Assembly: GCF_013004595.1 (NCBI RefSeq)
Contig: NZ_JABEMC010000002.1
Coordinates: 310,001-374,000, forward strand
DNA from: Brevibacterium luteolum
GTDB lineage: Bacteria; Actinomycetota; Actinomycetes; Actinomycetales; Brevibacteriaceae
Length of the DNA: 64,000 nt
Direction of reading: 5' to 3'
The position numbers were made by a program, and so were the translations under genes. Positions 17,689 through 27,484 of this stretch are shown here, one piece after another (the stretch's first letter is position 1; each line of letters begins with the position of its first letter). The notes under the pieces were generated by a model. That model had not been told where the DNA came from, did not search any database, and worked only from the letters and a program-made list of their open reading frames with translations.

Positions 17689-18408
17689 ATGTCCTCCGCA
17701 ATCCCCGCCCCCTCGACCACAACCCCCTCGACCACGGCGCCGACCCAGCGCCGCCGCACCTTTCTCGCCGCAGCAGTCGGCACCGCTGCAGGCATCGGCC
17801 TGCTCGCCGGTGGGCTCTCCCCTGCCGCCGCCCACGCTGCCCAGGCGACCACCGCCTCGGGAACGGTCGCCGAGCAGTCAGCCGAACAGGCCGCCGAACG
17901 CACCTACAGCTCACCGGTGCCGGCCGGTGCCGGCGCCCCGACCAGCGTGTTCGGCCCACGCGGCGACTCCTTCCACCTCGGCACCGATTACGGGGTGGCC
18001 ACCGGCACCCCGATCACCGCGGTGACCGACGGCGAGGTGCTGCGCGTCGAGACCGGCAAGAAGGTCGGCGACACGAGCCCGAGCTCCGCGCTCAAGCACC
18101 ACACCGGCAACGGTGTCGTCGTCAAGCACGGCGAGATCAGCGGTGATGAGATGTACAGCTACTACGGCCACCTGAGCGAGGTCGACGTCAAGCCCGGTGA
18201 CAAGGTCAAGGCCGGTTCGGTCGTCGGCAAGGCCGGCAACACCGGCAACAGCACCGGCCCGCACCTGCACTTCGGCGTCATGGTCAACAGCGATGAGCCG
18301 AACGGCGCGAAGTGGAAGTCCGCGACGAACACCGGGTTCATAGACCCGCACGACTGGCTCAAGCGCAAGGGCGTCAACGCCGGCTCCGATGCGCCGGTGA
18401 CCCCGTAA
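17689..18408 (+). CDS. M23 metallopeptidase with Tat-like signal
   Basis: RRRTFL signal; HLGTD, YGHL, GNSTGPHLHF. Confidence 0.9.
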   Translation: MSSAIPAPSTTTPSTTAPTQRRRTFLAAAVGTAAGIGLLAGGLSPAAAHAAQATTASGTVAEQSAEQAAERTYSSPVPAGAGAPTSVFGPRGDSFHLGTDYGVATGTPITAVTDGEVLRVETGKKVGDTSPSSALKHHTGNGVVVKHGEISGDEMYSYYGHLSEVDVKPGDKVKAGSVVGKAGNTGNSTGPHLHFGVMVNSDEPNGAKWKSATNTGFIDPHDWLKRKGVNAGSDAPVTP

Positions 18409-18443
18409 CCTGCACATACCCGCGCACGCTGTGTGCATGAGAC

Positions 18444-18476
18444 CCGCGCCCGAGGTGGGACCCGCCTCGGGCGCGG
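18444..18476. terminator. Hairpin between convergent genes made of two inverted CC(A/G)CCTCGGG motifs
   Basis: CCGCGCCCGAGG...CCTCGGGCGCGG. Confidence 0.75.
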
Positions 18477-18503
18477 TCGTGTCTTCAGACGAGATGGCGG
18501 GGT

Positions 18504-19004
18504 TCAGGTGAGCAGCAGCTTGTAACCGGTGTGGCTGGCAGTGAAGCCGAGGCGGTCGTAGAAGCGGTGGGCGTCAGCGCGGGAGTGATCGGTGGTGAGC
18601 TGGACGAGACCACAGCCGCGGGAGCGGGCGTGGGCGATCGCCCACGTGAAGAGCGCCGTGCCCAGGCCCTGTCCGCTGTGGTCGGCGCGGATGCGCACGG
18701 CTTCGATCTGGGCACGCAGCATGCCGTGCCGGGAGATGCCGGGAATGAAGGTCAGCTGGCAGGTGCCCACCACCTCGGGCGCGGGGCCAGGAGTTTCGAT
18801 CACGAGGAGGAGCTGACCGGGGTCGGCATCGACAGCGTCGAAGGCCTGCCGGTAAGCGTCATCGACAGTAGCGGACTCGCGTGACTGCCCGAGCGGGTCG
18901 TCGGCAAGCAGCGCGACGATCGCTGGAAGGTCTCCTGCGCTGGCGCGACGGACGGTGAACTCTGCACCATCGCGAGTGGTCAGGCGGGTGAGCGACTCGG
19001 TCAT
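18504..19004 (-). CDS. GNAT-family N-acetyltransferase
   Basis: AQIEAVRI...GQGLG, VQLTTD..RADAHRFY..LGF. Confidence 0.88.
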   Translation of the reverse strand: MTESLTRLTTRDGAEFTVRRASAGDLPAIVALLADDPLGQSRESATVDDAYRQAFDAVDADPGQLLLVIETPGPAPEVVGTCQLTFIPGISRHGMLRAQIEAVRIRADHSGQGLGTALFTWAIAHARSRGCGLVQLTTDHSRADAHRFYDRLGFTASHTGYKLLLT

Positions 19005-19026
19005 GGCATCAGTGTCGCACGCCTGG

Positions 19027-20346
19027 TCAGAGCAGCAGGTGGGCCAGCGGGGCGGCGATGAGGATCGATAGGGCGACGCGTTCGAACCAGATGACCACGA
19101 GGTGCCACAGCTTGATCGGGATGTCGGTGGCGAGGATCGACGGCACCATGGCGGAGAAGAAGATGATGCCTGAGACCGAGATGATGCCGACGACGAAGCG
19201 GGTGACGAGCGACTCGACATCGGCGACCTGGGTGGAGGGCAGGAACATCTCGACGAGGCCGAGCGAAAGCGCCTGGCCGGCCAGCAGCGGTTCGCTCATC
19301 CGGGTGATCCAGGTGAACGGGTAGAACAGGTAGCCGAACCATTCGAAGAGCGGCGTGTGCTTTGCCAGCAGCAGGCCGATGAGCCCGACCGACAGGATCG
19401 AGGGCAGGATCGAGGCGGCCATGTAGATGCCGTCGCGGAAGTTCAGCAAGATGTTGCGCCCGAAGCTCGGCGCACGGTCGAGCGCCTCAAGGGCTTCACC
19501 CCAGGCCGCGCGCAGGCGGGATCCGGCAGGCTTCTCCTCCGGCTGCGGGGTCGCTTCATGCCAGTAGTCGTGCGGGATCGTCGACAGCGGCGGGATGCGC
19601 ACGGTGATCGCGGTGACGAGGAAGGTGACGAACAGGGTGGTGAAGAAGTACAGCAGCCAGTGGTCCATGAGATCGAGCGCACTGGCGACGATGATCATGA
19701 AAGTCGCTGACACCGTCGAGAAGCCGGTGGCGATGATCGCGGCCTCACGGCCGGTGTACTTGCCCTGGTGGTAGACGCGGTTGGTGATGAGCAGGCCGAG
19801 GGAATAGGACCCGACGAAGGAGGCGACCGCGTCGATCGCCGAGCGGCCGGGAGTGCGCCAGACCGGGCGCATGATCGGCTGGACGAGCACGCCGATGAAC
19901 TCCATGAGCCCGTAGCCGACGAGCATCGCCAGGAAGATCGCACCGACCGGGACGATGAGACCCACGGAGATGACGAGCTTCTCCCACAGGAACGGCCCGA
20001 TGTCCTCAGCCGCCAGCCAGGCCGGCGGGGAGGTGAGGATGAGGATCGCGACGATAAGACCTGCGATGTTGAGGAAGGAGAACACGGTGCGGGTCGGCGA
20101 GTCCCGCCAGCTGCCGGTCAGGAACGGGCGTACAGTGCCCAGCAGGATGAGAGCCAGCACGATGAACGGCACGACCGGTGCGGCGTAGGTCTTGATGCCG
20201 GTGACGATGTGGTCGAGTGGGATCGTGTTGGTGCCGGCAATGGTGATCGGCACGAAGAACATGAAGATGCCGATGGCCGAGAAGACGAAGATGCGCCAGA
20301 TGCCCCGCGGCCGGGTCGGGGAGCTCGGTTCGGTGCGTGCCGTCAT
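19027..20346 (-). CDS. YjiH-family transporter (nucleoside recognition gate)
   Basis: YGLMEFIG..VQPIMRP, PGRSAIDAVASFVGS, TGFSTVS. Confidence 0.85.
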   Translation of the reverse strand: MTARTEPSSPTRPRGIWRIFVFSAIGIFMFFVPITIAGTNTIPLDHIVTGIKTYAAPVVPFIVLALILLGTVRPFLTGSWRDSPTRTVFSFLNIAGLIVAILILTSPPAWLAAEDIGPFLWEKLVISVGLIVPVGAIFLAMLVGYGLMEFIGVLVQPIMRPVWRTPGRSAIDAVASFVGSYSLGLLITNRVYHQGKYTGREAAIIATGFSTVSATFMIIVASALDLMDHWLLYFFTTLFVTFLVTAITVRIPPLSTIPHDYWHEATPQPEEKPAGSRLRAAWGEALEALDRAPSFGRNILLNFRDGIYMAASILPSILSVGLIGLLLAKHTPLFEWFGYLFYPFTWITRMSEPLLAGQALSLGLVEMFLPSTQVADVESLVTRFVVGIISVSGIIFFSAMVPSILATDIPIKLWHLVVIWFERVALSILIAAPLAHLLL

Positions 20347-20561
20347 GGTCGGTTCTCCGCGGAGGTTCAGTGGAGCTTTCCCGCTCACTGTAACGCACGT
20401 CACCTGTGCTATGAGCGCCCGGGCATGGTTCGCTGTCCGATATCGCGGAATTCCGGCTGGCGTGCCGGGCCGATACTCACAGGCGGGAATGAGCGATTCT
20501 CAGCTCGAATGTCAGCGGTGTTGTTTATGCTTGGGTCAGGGGAGCGAGAAAGGTGAAAGCC

Positions 20562-20906
20562 ATGACGCCGCAGATCCAATGGGAAGACTGTCTCGACAAC
20601 CAATCCATCCTCAACGACCTCACCGAAGCCGCTGAGCAGTCCCGGCGCGAAGTCGCCCGCTGCGAACAGTGCCTGCGCATCACGGCCGGTGATCCGAACC
20701 TCGACGGCGATGAACGCGAAACCCTCATCGAAGCCGCTGACGAAGCCCGCGAATCCCACGCCGAACTCCTCGCCGAACGGCTGCTGCTGGAGGAGAAGCT
20801 CCATTCCGACATCGCGCATCTGACGCGCGAGGCGATCGACGAGTTCGTCCTCGTCTACGGCGAGCGCCAGACGGACTCACCCGGCAGCCCGTCGGCCGGC
20901 GTCTGA
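20562..20906 (+). CDS. Hypothetical helical protein
   Basis: AAGGTG RBS; host-like codon usage; no recognisable motif. Confidence 0.65.
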   Translation: MTPQIQWEDCLDNQSILNDLTEAAEQSRREVARCEQCLRITAGDPNLDGDERETLIEAADEARESHAELLAERLLLEEKLHSDIAHLTREAIDEFVLVYGERQTDSPGSPSAGV

Positions 20907-21024
20907 CAAACACCGCCGCTGCCATCGCCGAACCGCTACACTGACCCAGGTGCTGCCGCCTGGGGGTCGCGTGATGCCCGGGCTGTGCACCTGAGATGAC
21001 GCTGCACATGACGGGAGGATTCCG

Positions 21025-21420
21025 GTGGCCGGGACGGCTGAAGCACCACGGCGGCTGCGCGGCTGGATGCTGCTCATCGTCGCGATCATCGCCGAGGTGT
21101 CCGGGTCGCTGTCGCTCAAGGGCGCGCTGACCCACCCGGCGCTCTACGCCGTCGTGGTGGCCGGCTTCCTCATCGCTTTCACGTGCCTGGCCGGGGTGCT
21201 GCGCGCCGGCATCAGCCTGGGGGTCGCCTACAGCGTGTGGGCGGCCTTCGGAGTCGCGCTCACCGCGGTGCTCTCGGTCATCATCTACGCCGAGCCGTTC
21301 TCCTGGCTCATGGGTGCAGGCATCATCGTCATCATCGCCGGGGTGCTGTGCATCGAACTCGGCGCCCACGCCGCGAACCGTTCAGTCGATGGGCTCGGAA
21401 CCGCTGAGGGGCCGGCATGA
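21025..21420 (+). CDS. SMR/DMT family efflux subunit
   Basis: W..L..AI..EV.G...LK, GVAYSVWAA.G. Confidence 0.88.
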   Translation: MAGTAEAPRRLRGWMLLIVAIIAEVSGSLSLKGALTHPALYAVVVAGFLIAFTCLAGVLRAGISLGVAYSVWAAFGVALTAVLSVIIYAEPFSWLMGAGIIVIIAGVLCIELGAHAANRSVDGLGTAEGPA

Positions 21421-21731
21421 TCGCCTGGGTGTTCCTCACCGCTGCGATCGTCTCCGAGGTCGCCGGCACCCTGTGCCTGCGCATGGCCGTCACCGGCGGC
21501 CGCATCTGGTACGCCGCCGTCGGCCTCGGCTATGTCATCGCGTTCTCGTGCCTGTCGCTCACACTTGCCAGCGGCATGGATCTGGCCGTCGCCTACGGCA
21601 TCTGGGCCGCCGGGGGTGTCGCCCTGACCGCGCTGCTGTCTCACCTGCTCTTCCGCGAACCGCTCACCTGGGTGATGGGATTGGGCATTGTGCTCGTGGC
21701 AACCGGTGTGCTGATGGTTGAACTCGGATAG
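21417..21731 (+). CDS. SMR/DMT family efflux subunit (paired)
   Basis: AAIVSEVAGT, AVAYGIWAAGG; ATGA overlap. Confidence 0.88.
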   Translation: MIAWVFLTAAIVSEVAGTLCLRMAVTGGRIWYAAVGLGYVIAFSCLSLTLASGMDLAVAYGIWAAGGVALTALLSHLLFREPLTWVMGLGIVLVATGVLMVELG

Positions 21732-21821
21732 GGGCTGAGTACCCCGCCGCCGAGGTGGTCCTGGCGCAGTCTGGCAGCATGCCGTCAGCGTCCGGTCCCG
21801 TCGTTGCAGAGGCAGCCAGGA

Positions 21822-22343
21822 CCGTGCACGATCTTCGGTGCTCGGGTTCCCGAGTCCGTTCCTGCGGTGGTCTGGTCAGCTGGCCGCGATCTCAACCCCC
21901 TCGACGTCACCGGCGAGTCGGATCTGCGATGGCTGGAGTCGCTCGTCTGGCCCGAGCACGAGGCTCGAAGGCAACGGCTGCGGGCAGCCGCTCAGATCGT
22001 CGCCGCAGACCCGCCGCGAATTGTCACCGGGAATCTGCTCACCGACCTCGATTCCCTCATCGCCGAGGCTCCGGCAGAAGCGACCGTCGTTGTGTTCCAC
22101 TCGGCGGTGCTCGCCTACGTGCATGCAGAAGCCCGCCGAAAGTTTGCTGATTCGATGGCCGCGCAGCCCTCAGTGGTGTGGATCAGCAATGAAGGCGCAG
22201 GCGCGTTCCCGGAATTCGATGAAAGCGTCGCCCAGCAGGCCAAGGGACGGTTCGTCCTCGCAGTCGACGGCGAACCCGTCGCATTCACTGGACCGCATGG
22301 TCAGTCGTACCGGGGACTCACCCCGAGACCCGCCGACTTCTAG
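21822..22343 (+). pseudogene. 5'-truncated DUF2332-like remnant
   Basis: AGRDLNPLDV...WLESLVWPEH..R..RL, VVVFHSAVLAYV, WISNEG match the C-terminal half; no start codon or RBS. Confidence 0.65.
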
Positions 22344-22415
22344 GCAAGACCCACAGCCGCTACCCCGGGTCTATTGCCGACGCTCAAGATAGAGAAATTC
22401 CTCTTCCCTCAAAGC

Positions 22416-22432
22416 GTATTACGTAATACAAT
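22416..22432 (+). promoter_or_regulatory. Operator palindrome GTATTACGTAATAC overlapping -10 TACAAT
   Basis: Perfect 14-bp palindrome 22416-22429; TACAAT 22427-22432 lies 7 nt before ATG 22440. Confidence 0.75.
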
Positions 22433-22439
22433 AAGAAGT

Positions 22440-22700
22440 ATGTCGAAGCGCATTATCAATGGACACGAAGTCTCGGACGAGCAAGTACAGGCCTGGGCAG
22501 ACGAAGCAGAAGCCGGTTACGACGTCGATCAGCTGAAGCGGCGCTGGGGACGGCCACCCCGTGCTGAGAAGGCCTCCCAGGTCATTCCGACACGCTTTTC
22601 CGACTCCGAGCTGGCAGAGCTGATGGAGCGCGCGGATCGCGAGGGCATGGACCGCTCGACCGCAATCCGCACTGCAGTGCGAGAGTGGTCAGCAAAGTGA
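22440..22700 (+). CDS. Putative antitoxin with C-terminal ribbon-helix-helix (CopG-like)
   Basis: WADEAEAGYD...GRP...TRF...RSTAIRTAV. Confidence 0.75.
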   Translation: MSKRIINGHEVSDEQVQAWADEAEAGYDVDQLKRRWGRPPRAEKASQVIPTRFSDSELAELMERADREGMDRSTAIRTAVREWSAK

Positions 22701-22936
22701 TCATCTCGCCATCGGCTCGAAAGCACGGGATCAGCGATGAAGACGCCTTGTGCGCCGCGACGGCAGTTCTCGCCGGTGGCCCACTGGATGACGAGCACCC
22801 GCGACGGGAACTGCGCATCGGTCTCGACATTAAGGGAAGACTCCTCGAAATTGTGGTGCTCATATGGGACGACGGAGAGATTGAGATCATCCATGCGATG
22901 AAGGCACGAGCCGAATATCGCCGCCTCGTGTTCTGA
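22697..22936 (+). CDS. Putative type II toxin (BrnT/RelE-like fold)
   Basis: SARKHGIS..D, IG.D..GRLLEIVV, IIHAMKAR; GTGA overlap. Confidence 0.72.
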   Translation: MIISPSARKHGISDEDALCAATAVLAGGPLDDEHPRRELRIGLDIKGRLLEIVVLIWDDGEIEIIHAMKARAEYRRLVF

Positions 22937-23020
22937 CGTCACGGCAGCCAGATCGGTGACGGCTTCGCGATCCACGACGCGTTTCACGACTTCTGTTCGC
23001 CCGCCGACCGCAACGCCCCG

Positions 23021-24367
23021 TCAGTGCGGCATGTTCGCAAAGCGCGAGCGCGCACCCTGGAAGGCGACCTTGATCTCGCCGGTCGGGCCGTTGCGGTGCT
23101 TGGCGACGATGATGTCGGCCTCACCGGCGTGCGGGGACTCCGGATCGTACATGTCCTCACGGTGGATCAGCAGCACCATATCGGCATCCTGCTCGATCGA
23201 ACCGGACTCGCGCAGATCCGAGATCATCGGCCGCTTGTCGGTGCGCTGCTCAGAGGACCGGTTGAGCTGCGAGAGCGCGATGACCGGAACCTCGAGCTCC
23301 TTGGCCAGCAGCTTGAGCGACCGGGAGAACTCCGAGACCTCCTGCTGACGCGACTCCACACGTTTGCCGGATGACATCAGCTGCAGGTAGTCGATGACGA
23401 TGAGCTGCAGATCGTGCTGCTGTTTGAGCCGGCGGCACTTCGCGCGGATCTCGGTCAGCGCCATGTTCGGCGAGTCGTCGATGTACAGCGGCGCATCGTG
23501 CATCCGCGACATCTTCGCCGCCAGCGTCGTCCAGTCCTGTTCGGAGACCTCACCCCGGCGCAGGTTCTGCAGCGGCACCCCGGATTCGGCGCTGAGCAGG
23601 CGCATCGACAGCTCCTGCTTGCCCATCTCCAGGGAGAAGATGACGGTGCACTGACGCGCGGCGATCGCCGCCGAGCGGGCCATATCGAGGGCCAGCGTCG
23701 ACTTGCCAACGCCAGGGCGGGCAGCGATGACGATCATCTGGCCCGGATGCAGACCGTTGGTGAGGTCATCGAACTCGGTGAAGCCGGTCGGCACGCCCAC
23801 GGTGTCATCGCCGTGCTCGCCCATCCGCTCGATCTCGTTGGCAGTGCTCTCCATGATCTCGCCGAGGCGCACATAGTCCTCAGCGGTGCGCCGCTCGGTG
23901 ACCTGGTAGATCTCGGCCTGCGCGCGATTGACCAGATCGTCGGTGTCGCCCTCGGCGTCGTAGCCCATCTGCACGATCCGGGTGCCGGCTTCGACCAGCT
24001 TGCGCAGCATCGCGCGTTCGCGCACGATCTGGGCATAGTAGCCGGCGTTCGCCGCAGTCGGCACCGAGGCGATGAGCGTGTGCAGGTAGGTTGCCCCGCC
24101 CACTCGGGCCAGCGACCCGGCCTTCTGCAGGGCGTTGGCGACGGTGACCGCGTCGGCGGGCTCACCGCGGGCGTAGAGGTCGAGGATGACGTCGTAGATC
24201 GTCTCGTTGGCCGGCTTGTAGAAGTCCTCGCCGCGCACCGTTTCGACAACGTCTGCGATCGCGTCCTTCGACAGCATCATGCCACCGAGGATCGACTCCT
24301 CGGCATCGAGATCCTGGGGCGGGGTCCGCATTCCGGCCTCTGCCCGCTGCCACTGATCGTCTGTCAT
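23021..24367 (-). CDS. dnaB: Replicative DNA helicase (no intein)
   Basis: PPQDLDAE, AARPGVGKS, IDYLQLM, SDLRESGSIEQDAD, KHRNGPTG; start could be 24427. Confidence 0.97.
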   Translation of the reverse strand: MTDDQWQRAEAGMRTPPQDLDAEESILGGMMLSKDAIADVVETVRGEDFYKPANETIYDVILDLYARGEPADAVTVANALQKAGSLARVGGATYLHTLIASVPTAANAGYYAQIVRERAMLRKLVEAGTRIVQMGYDAEGDTDDLVNRAQAEIYQVTERRTAEDYVRLGEIMESTANEIERMGEHGDDTVGVPTGFTEFDDLTNGLHPGQMIVIAARPGVGKSTLALDMARSAAIAARQCTVIFSLEMGKQELSMRLLSAESGVPLQNLRRGEVSEQDWTTLAAKMSRMHDAPLYIDDSPNMALTEIRAKCRRLKQQHDLQLIVIDYLQLMSSGKRVESRQQEVSEFSRSLKLLAKELEVPVIALSQLNRSSEQRTDKRPMISDLRESGSIEQDADMVLLIHREDMYDPESPHAGEADIIVAKHRNGPTGEIKVAFQGARSRFANMPH

Positions 24368-24536
24368 CGGCGCCTTTCCATCAGCTGTCTGCTGTCCCAC
24401 TGTAGCCGCTCGGGAACCAGCCGACATATCGCCCGCAGGCGGGTGTGAACGGCCCGCACGCGAGGTGCCGGTCGCGTGTGGACGCGACCGGCACCTCGGC
24501 GACGGCGACTGTGGAGACTGGCTGCGCCAGCCGGAA

Positions 24537-25511
24537 TCAGCGCGTGGTGACCTTGCCCGACATCTGCGCGACCGGCTGCAGGAACAGTGGGCGGGCGGCG
24601 ATCCAGCCGACGGCCAGGACGATCATCGCGATGGCGAACATGATGAAGCCCCACCAGCTGGTGGCGTTGTCACCGGTCCACGAGAACATCATGTTGAGGT
24701 TGTGCCGCATGCCGGTGGTGAAGACGAGCAGCACGTGGATGACGATGAAGGCCACGAAGTAGAACATCACCGGCAGGTGGATGGCACGCGCGACCGGAGC
24801 CGGGTAGGCCTTGGAGATCGGCCAGGTGTTCTGCCAGATCGGCGACATCCGCACACCGGAGATCGCTGCCAGCGGGGCGGCGATGAAGATCGTGACGAAG
24901 TAGGCCATCACCTGCAGGGCGTTGTAATTGACCCAGGCCATCTCCTGTGGCCAGTCGAACGACAGGTACTGCAGGCCGGCTGAGACCATGTTCGGGAAGA
25001 TGTCCCAGCTGACCGGCACGACGCGCGCCCAGTGGCCGCTGGCGAACAGCAGAATGACGAAGATGAAGCCGTTGAGCAGCCACAGCACATCGAGGCTCAG
25101 GTGCAACCACAGGTAGATGCTCATCTTCGTCGGTTCGGCTGCGCCCTTCTTCCGCTTCTTCACGGTCCGCGTCCAGTAGGCCTCCGGCTTCTGCTGCACG
25201 CGCACGAGCCACCCGGAGCGGATGATGAGGACCATGAGGAAGATGTTGAAGAAGTGCTGCCACTGCGCCCACCACGGGAAGCCCTCCGGGGTGCCTGCAG
25301 GCAGCTCTGAGTGGCCGGGATACTTGGCGAGGAACTCCTGGCCGCTGGCCGAGCCCAGGAACATGCGCGCGAGCACGCCGGCAATCGCCAATACGACGAG
25401 TGCGATCGGGACGATCCAGACGAGCTTGAAGAACGGCGATTCGCGGAACGGGGTGCCGCCGCTCTTCTTCTTTTTCTTCTTGCGCTTCTTCTTGCTGTCC
25501 GCTGCTGCCAT
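24537..25511 (-). CDS. Cytochrome b/b6-domain membrane protein
   Basis: TM His residues in WQHFFN, WLHL, AIHL, VIHV; YNALQ motif. Confidence 0.75.
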   Translation of the reverse strand: MAAADSKKKRKKKKKKSGGTPFRESPFFKLVWIVPIALVVLAIAGVLARMFLGSASGQEFLAKYPGHSELPAGTPEGFPWWAQWQHFFNIFLMVLIIRSGWLVRVQQKPEAYWTRTVKKRKKGAAEPTKMSIYLWLHLSLDVLWLLNGFIFVILLFASGHWARVVPVSWDIFPNMVSAGLQYLSFDWPQEMAWVNYNALQVMAYFVTIFIAAPLAAISGVRMSPIWQNTWPISKAYPAPVARAIHLPVMFYFVAFIVIHVLLVFTTGMRHNLNMMFSWTGDNATSWWGFIMFAIAMIVLAVGWIAARPLFLQPVAQMSGKVTTR

Positions 25512-25547
25512 GAGGGTCTCCTCCGCCGAAGTTCCACAGCCTGATGG

Positions 25548-25904
25548 TCATTGACTCTGACACCTGACTTTAGCGCCTGTCATCGCCCGACGGAGCATCG
25601 GGTCCCGTTCCCGAGGTGCAGACCAGGCTGCCAGCGCCATCCTCCCCTGCAGCGGCCGGGTCAAGGACAGGCTGGCGCGCACGATGAGTGCACCGAGGAC
25701 GACCGAAGCGGGCATGGTCGCCATCGTGACAGGTGAGAGAACCATCGCGAGTCCGGCAGGCGGGGCGACGAGCAGCAGTCCGATCGACGCCGCGGCTGCT
25801 GATCTTGCAGGGCTGCCGACCGCGATGCCGGCCAGGGTCACGGCGCGGCCGGTGACGGGGATGATGCCGATCAACGCGTGCGCGGTGAGGATCGGTGTGT
25901 TCAT
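25548..25904 (-). CDS. Hypothetical membrane protein
   Basis: GGAG upstream of ATG 25904; hydrophobic segments; no motif. Confidence 0.4.
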   Translation of the reverse strand: MNTPILTAHALIGIIPVTGRAVTLAGIAVGSPARSAAAASIGLLLVAPPAGLAMVLSPVTMATMPASVVLGALIVRASLSLTRPLQGRMALAAWSAPRERDPMLRRAMTGAKVRCQSQ

Positions 25905-26166
25905 ATTCCCAGTCTCCGCCTGTGGCCGGCTGAGCAGAATGCGGTTCTCCCTGCAGCCCGGTCCGGAAATCCCCACCCTCGGCACCACCGGTGACCCCCA
26001 CCTCGGGAGCGGGAACTGCAGCGGCACGCATCCCCCATCGGCCCCTGACAGCACGGGCAGGCAGTGCTAGGGTCGAATGTGCGGCAGGTCACACCCCAGG
26101 TCCTTCCGCCCGGACGGCGCCGTCCGGCAGACATCACATCCCCACCCCGAAGGACACCCCTCCGAC

Positions 26167-27081
26167 ATGCCCCCGACTCATCCCCACTCCCGTTCCGGTG
26201 CCGCGCGCCTGACGCTGCTGCCCGCGCTGGCCTTCATCGCCGCCCTCCTGCTCGGTGCTGAACTCCTCACCAGCCCAGCCGCAGCTGCCCAGACTGCCCC
26301 GCTGCGCGTGCCGGTGACCTCGATGTCCGACGAGGCGGGCAGCCAGGCCGTCCTCATCGCCGACCCTGTGCCGCTGCCGGCAGGCGCCACCACCTCGCAG
26401 CTCGAACTCGACCTGCCCGGAGGCTGCCACCTGGGCGAGGGCGCCGAGCTCACCTGCACTGACAGCTCCTTCACCTTCACCGCGATGATCGCCACCCCAG
26501 ACGGGTTCAGCGACCCGGCCGTGAGCGCCACTGACACCGGTGTCGAGGTCACGACCGCCGAGCCGGCCGGTGAAGGCGAGCTGCTCGTGCCGATCTTCAG
26601 CCCCGCCGGGCTCGATGTCGATGACACCGCCTCGAAGCAGATGCTCGCCGAGCTGGTCCTCGGCAATGGCACCGCCGCGGCGCCTGACACGGCCGAGACC
26701 GCCGGCGCACCGCCGAGCCTGGCCCCGTATGCCGAGGCGATCGAGCGCCCGGAGCAGGTCACGGTTCCCAGCGACTACATCTACGACCCGGATCATGTGC
26801 AGAAGGCGCTGCACGACTACTGCACCTGGTCGCCGGACGCGTGGGGCAAGGCCGACTTCCGCGGGCCGTGCGCCCGGCACGACATGTGCATCGAGGTCGA
26901 CCTCGACCTGCCGCGCCCGGAGCGCAGGGAGCGCCGCAAGATCTGCGACAGCACTTTCCTCGACCATCTCGTGCAGAACTGCGACTACGGCTACTACGAT
27001 GCCGGCGTCAAACGCCGCGGCTGCCGAGTGATCGCCGGCCACTACTATGTCGCCGTGGCCGGGAAGACCGCGATCTCGTGA
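26167..27081 (+). CDS. Secreted protein with C-terminal prokaryotic phospholipase A2 domain
   Basis: Signal peptide ending AAA-Q; DYCTWSPD...DFRGPCARHDMC...CD..F...L..NC. Confidence 0.85.
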   Translation: MPPTHPHSRSGAARLTLLPALAFIAALLLGAELLTSPAAAAQTAPLRVPVTSMSDEAGSQAVLIADPVPLPAGATTSQLELDLPGGCHLGEGAELTCTDSSFTFTAMIATPDGFSDPAVSATDTGVEVTTAEPAGEGELLVPIFSPAGLDVDDTASKQMLAELVLGNGTAAAPDTAETAGAPPSLAPYAEAIERPEQVTVPSDYIYDPDHVQKALHDYCTWSPDAWGKADFRGPCARHDMCIEVDLDLPRPERRERRKICDSTFLDHLVQNCDYGYYDAGVKRRGCRVIAGHYYVAVAGKTAIS

Positions 27082-27470
27082 CCGGACGGATCCTGCCGCC
27101 GGTGCTCGTGGCCGCCTCGGTGGCGCTCATGTTCATCGGCGGGGCCATGCCGAGCCGGGCTGGGCTCGTCGTCGTCGACCTGCTGGCGATCGCGGCGGTG
27201 GCGGCTGCTGCCGGTCTCATCCTCATGCTGAGTCTGCGCGCCGCGCGCGAGGCGGTGGCTGGCGAGCGCTGGCTGCGGCGGGGAATCGCCGGGGTCGCGG
27301 TCGCCGCGGCGATCGGTGCGGTCGTGGCGATCGGGATGAACATCGCCGATCCGCTCGGCATCAGCTTCGCTGTGCCGATCATCTGGCTGCCCGCCTCGCT
27401 CGTGCTGCTGACGACCTCGCTCCTCGTCCTCGCACTGCCGAGTGGGCCGGCGCCGAGATGGCAATTGTGA
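27078..27470 (+). CDS. Four-TM membrane protein coupled to the PLA2 gene
   Basis: GTGA overlap; hydrophobic throughout. Confidence 0.65.
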   Translation: MTGRILPPVLVAASVALMFIGGAMPSRAGLVVVDLLAIAAVAAAAGLILMLSLRAAREAVAGERWLRRGIAGVAVAAAIGAVVAIGMNIADPLGISFAVPIIWLPASLVLLTTSLLVLALPSGPAPRWQL

Positions 27471-27484
27471 CGCCGACCCATCGA

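Noticed and set aside
20907..21024. Guanidine riboswitch upstream of the SMR pair
   Set aside because: No ykkC-I, ACGR twin-hairpin or class III consensus seen.
23021..24367. Intein in dnaB (also considered for gyrB)
   Set aside because: Normal length, continuous motifs, no splice-junction signature.
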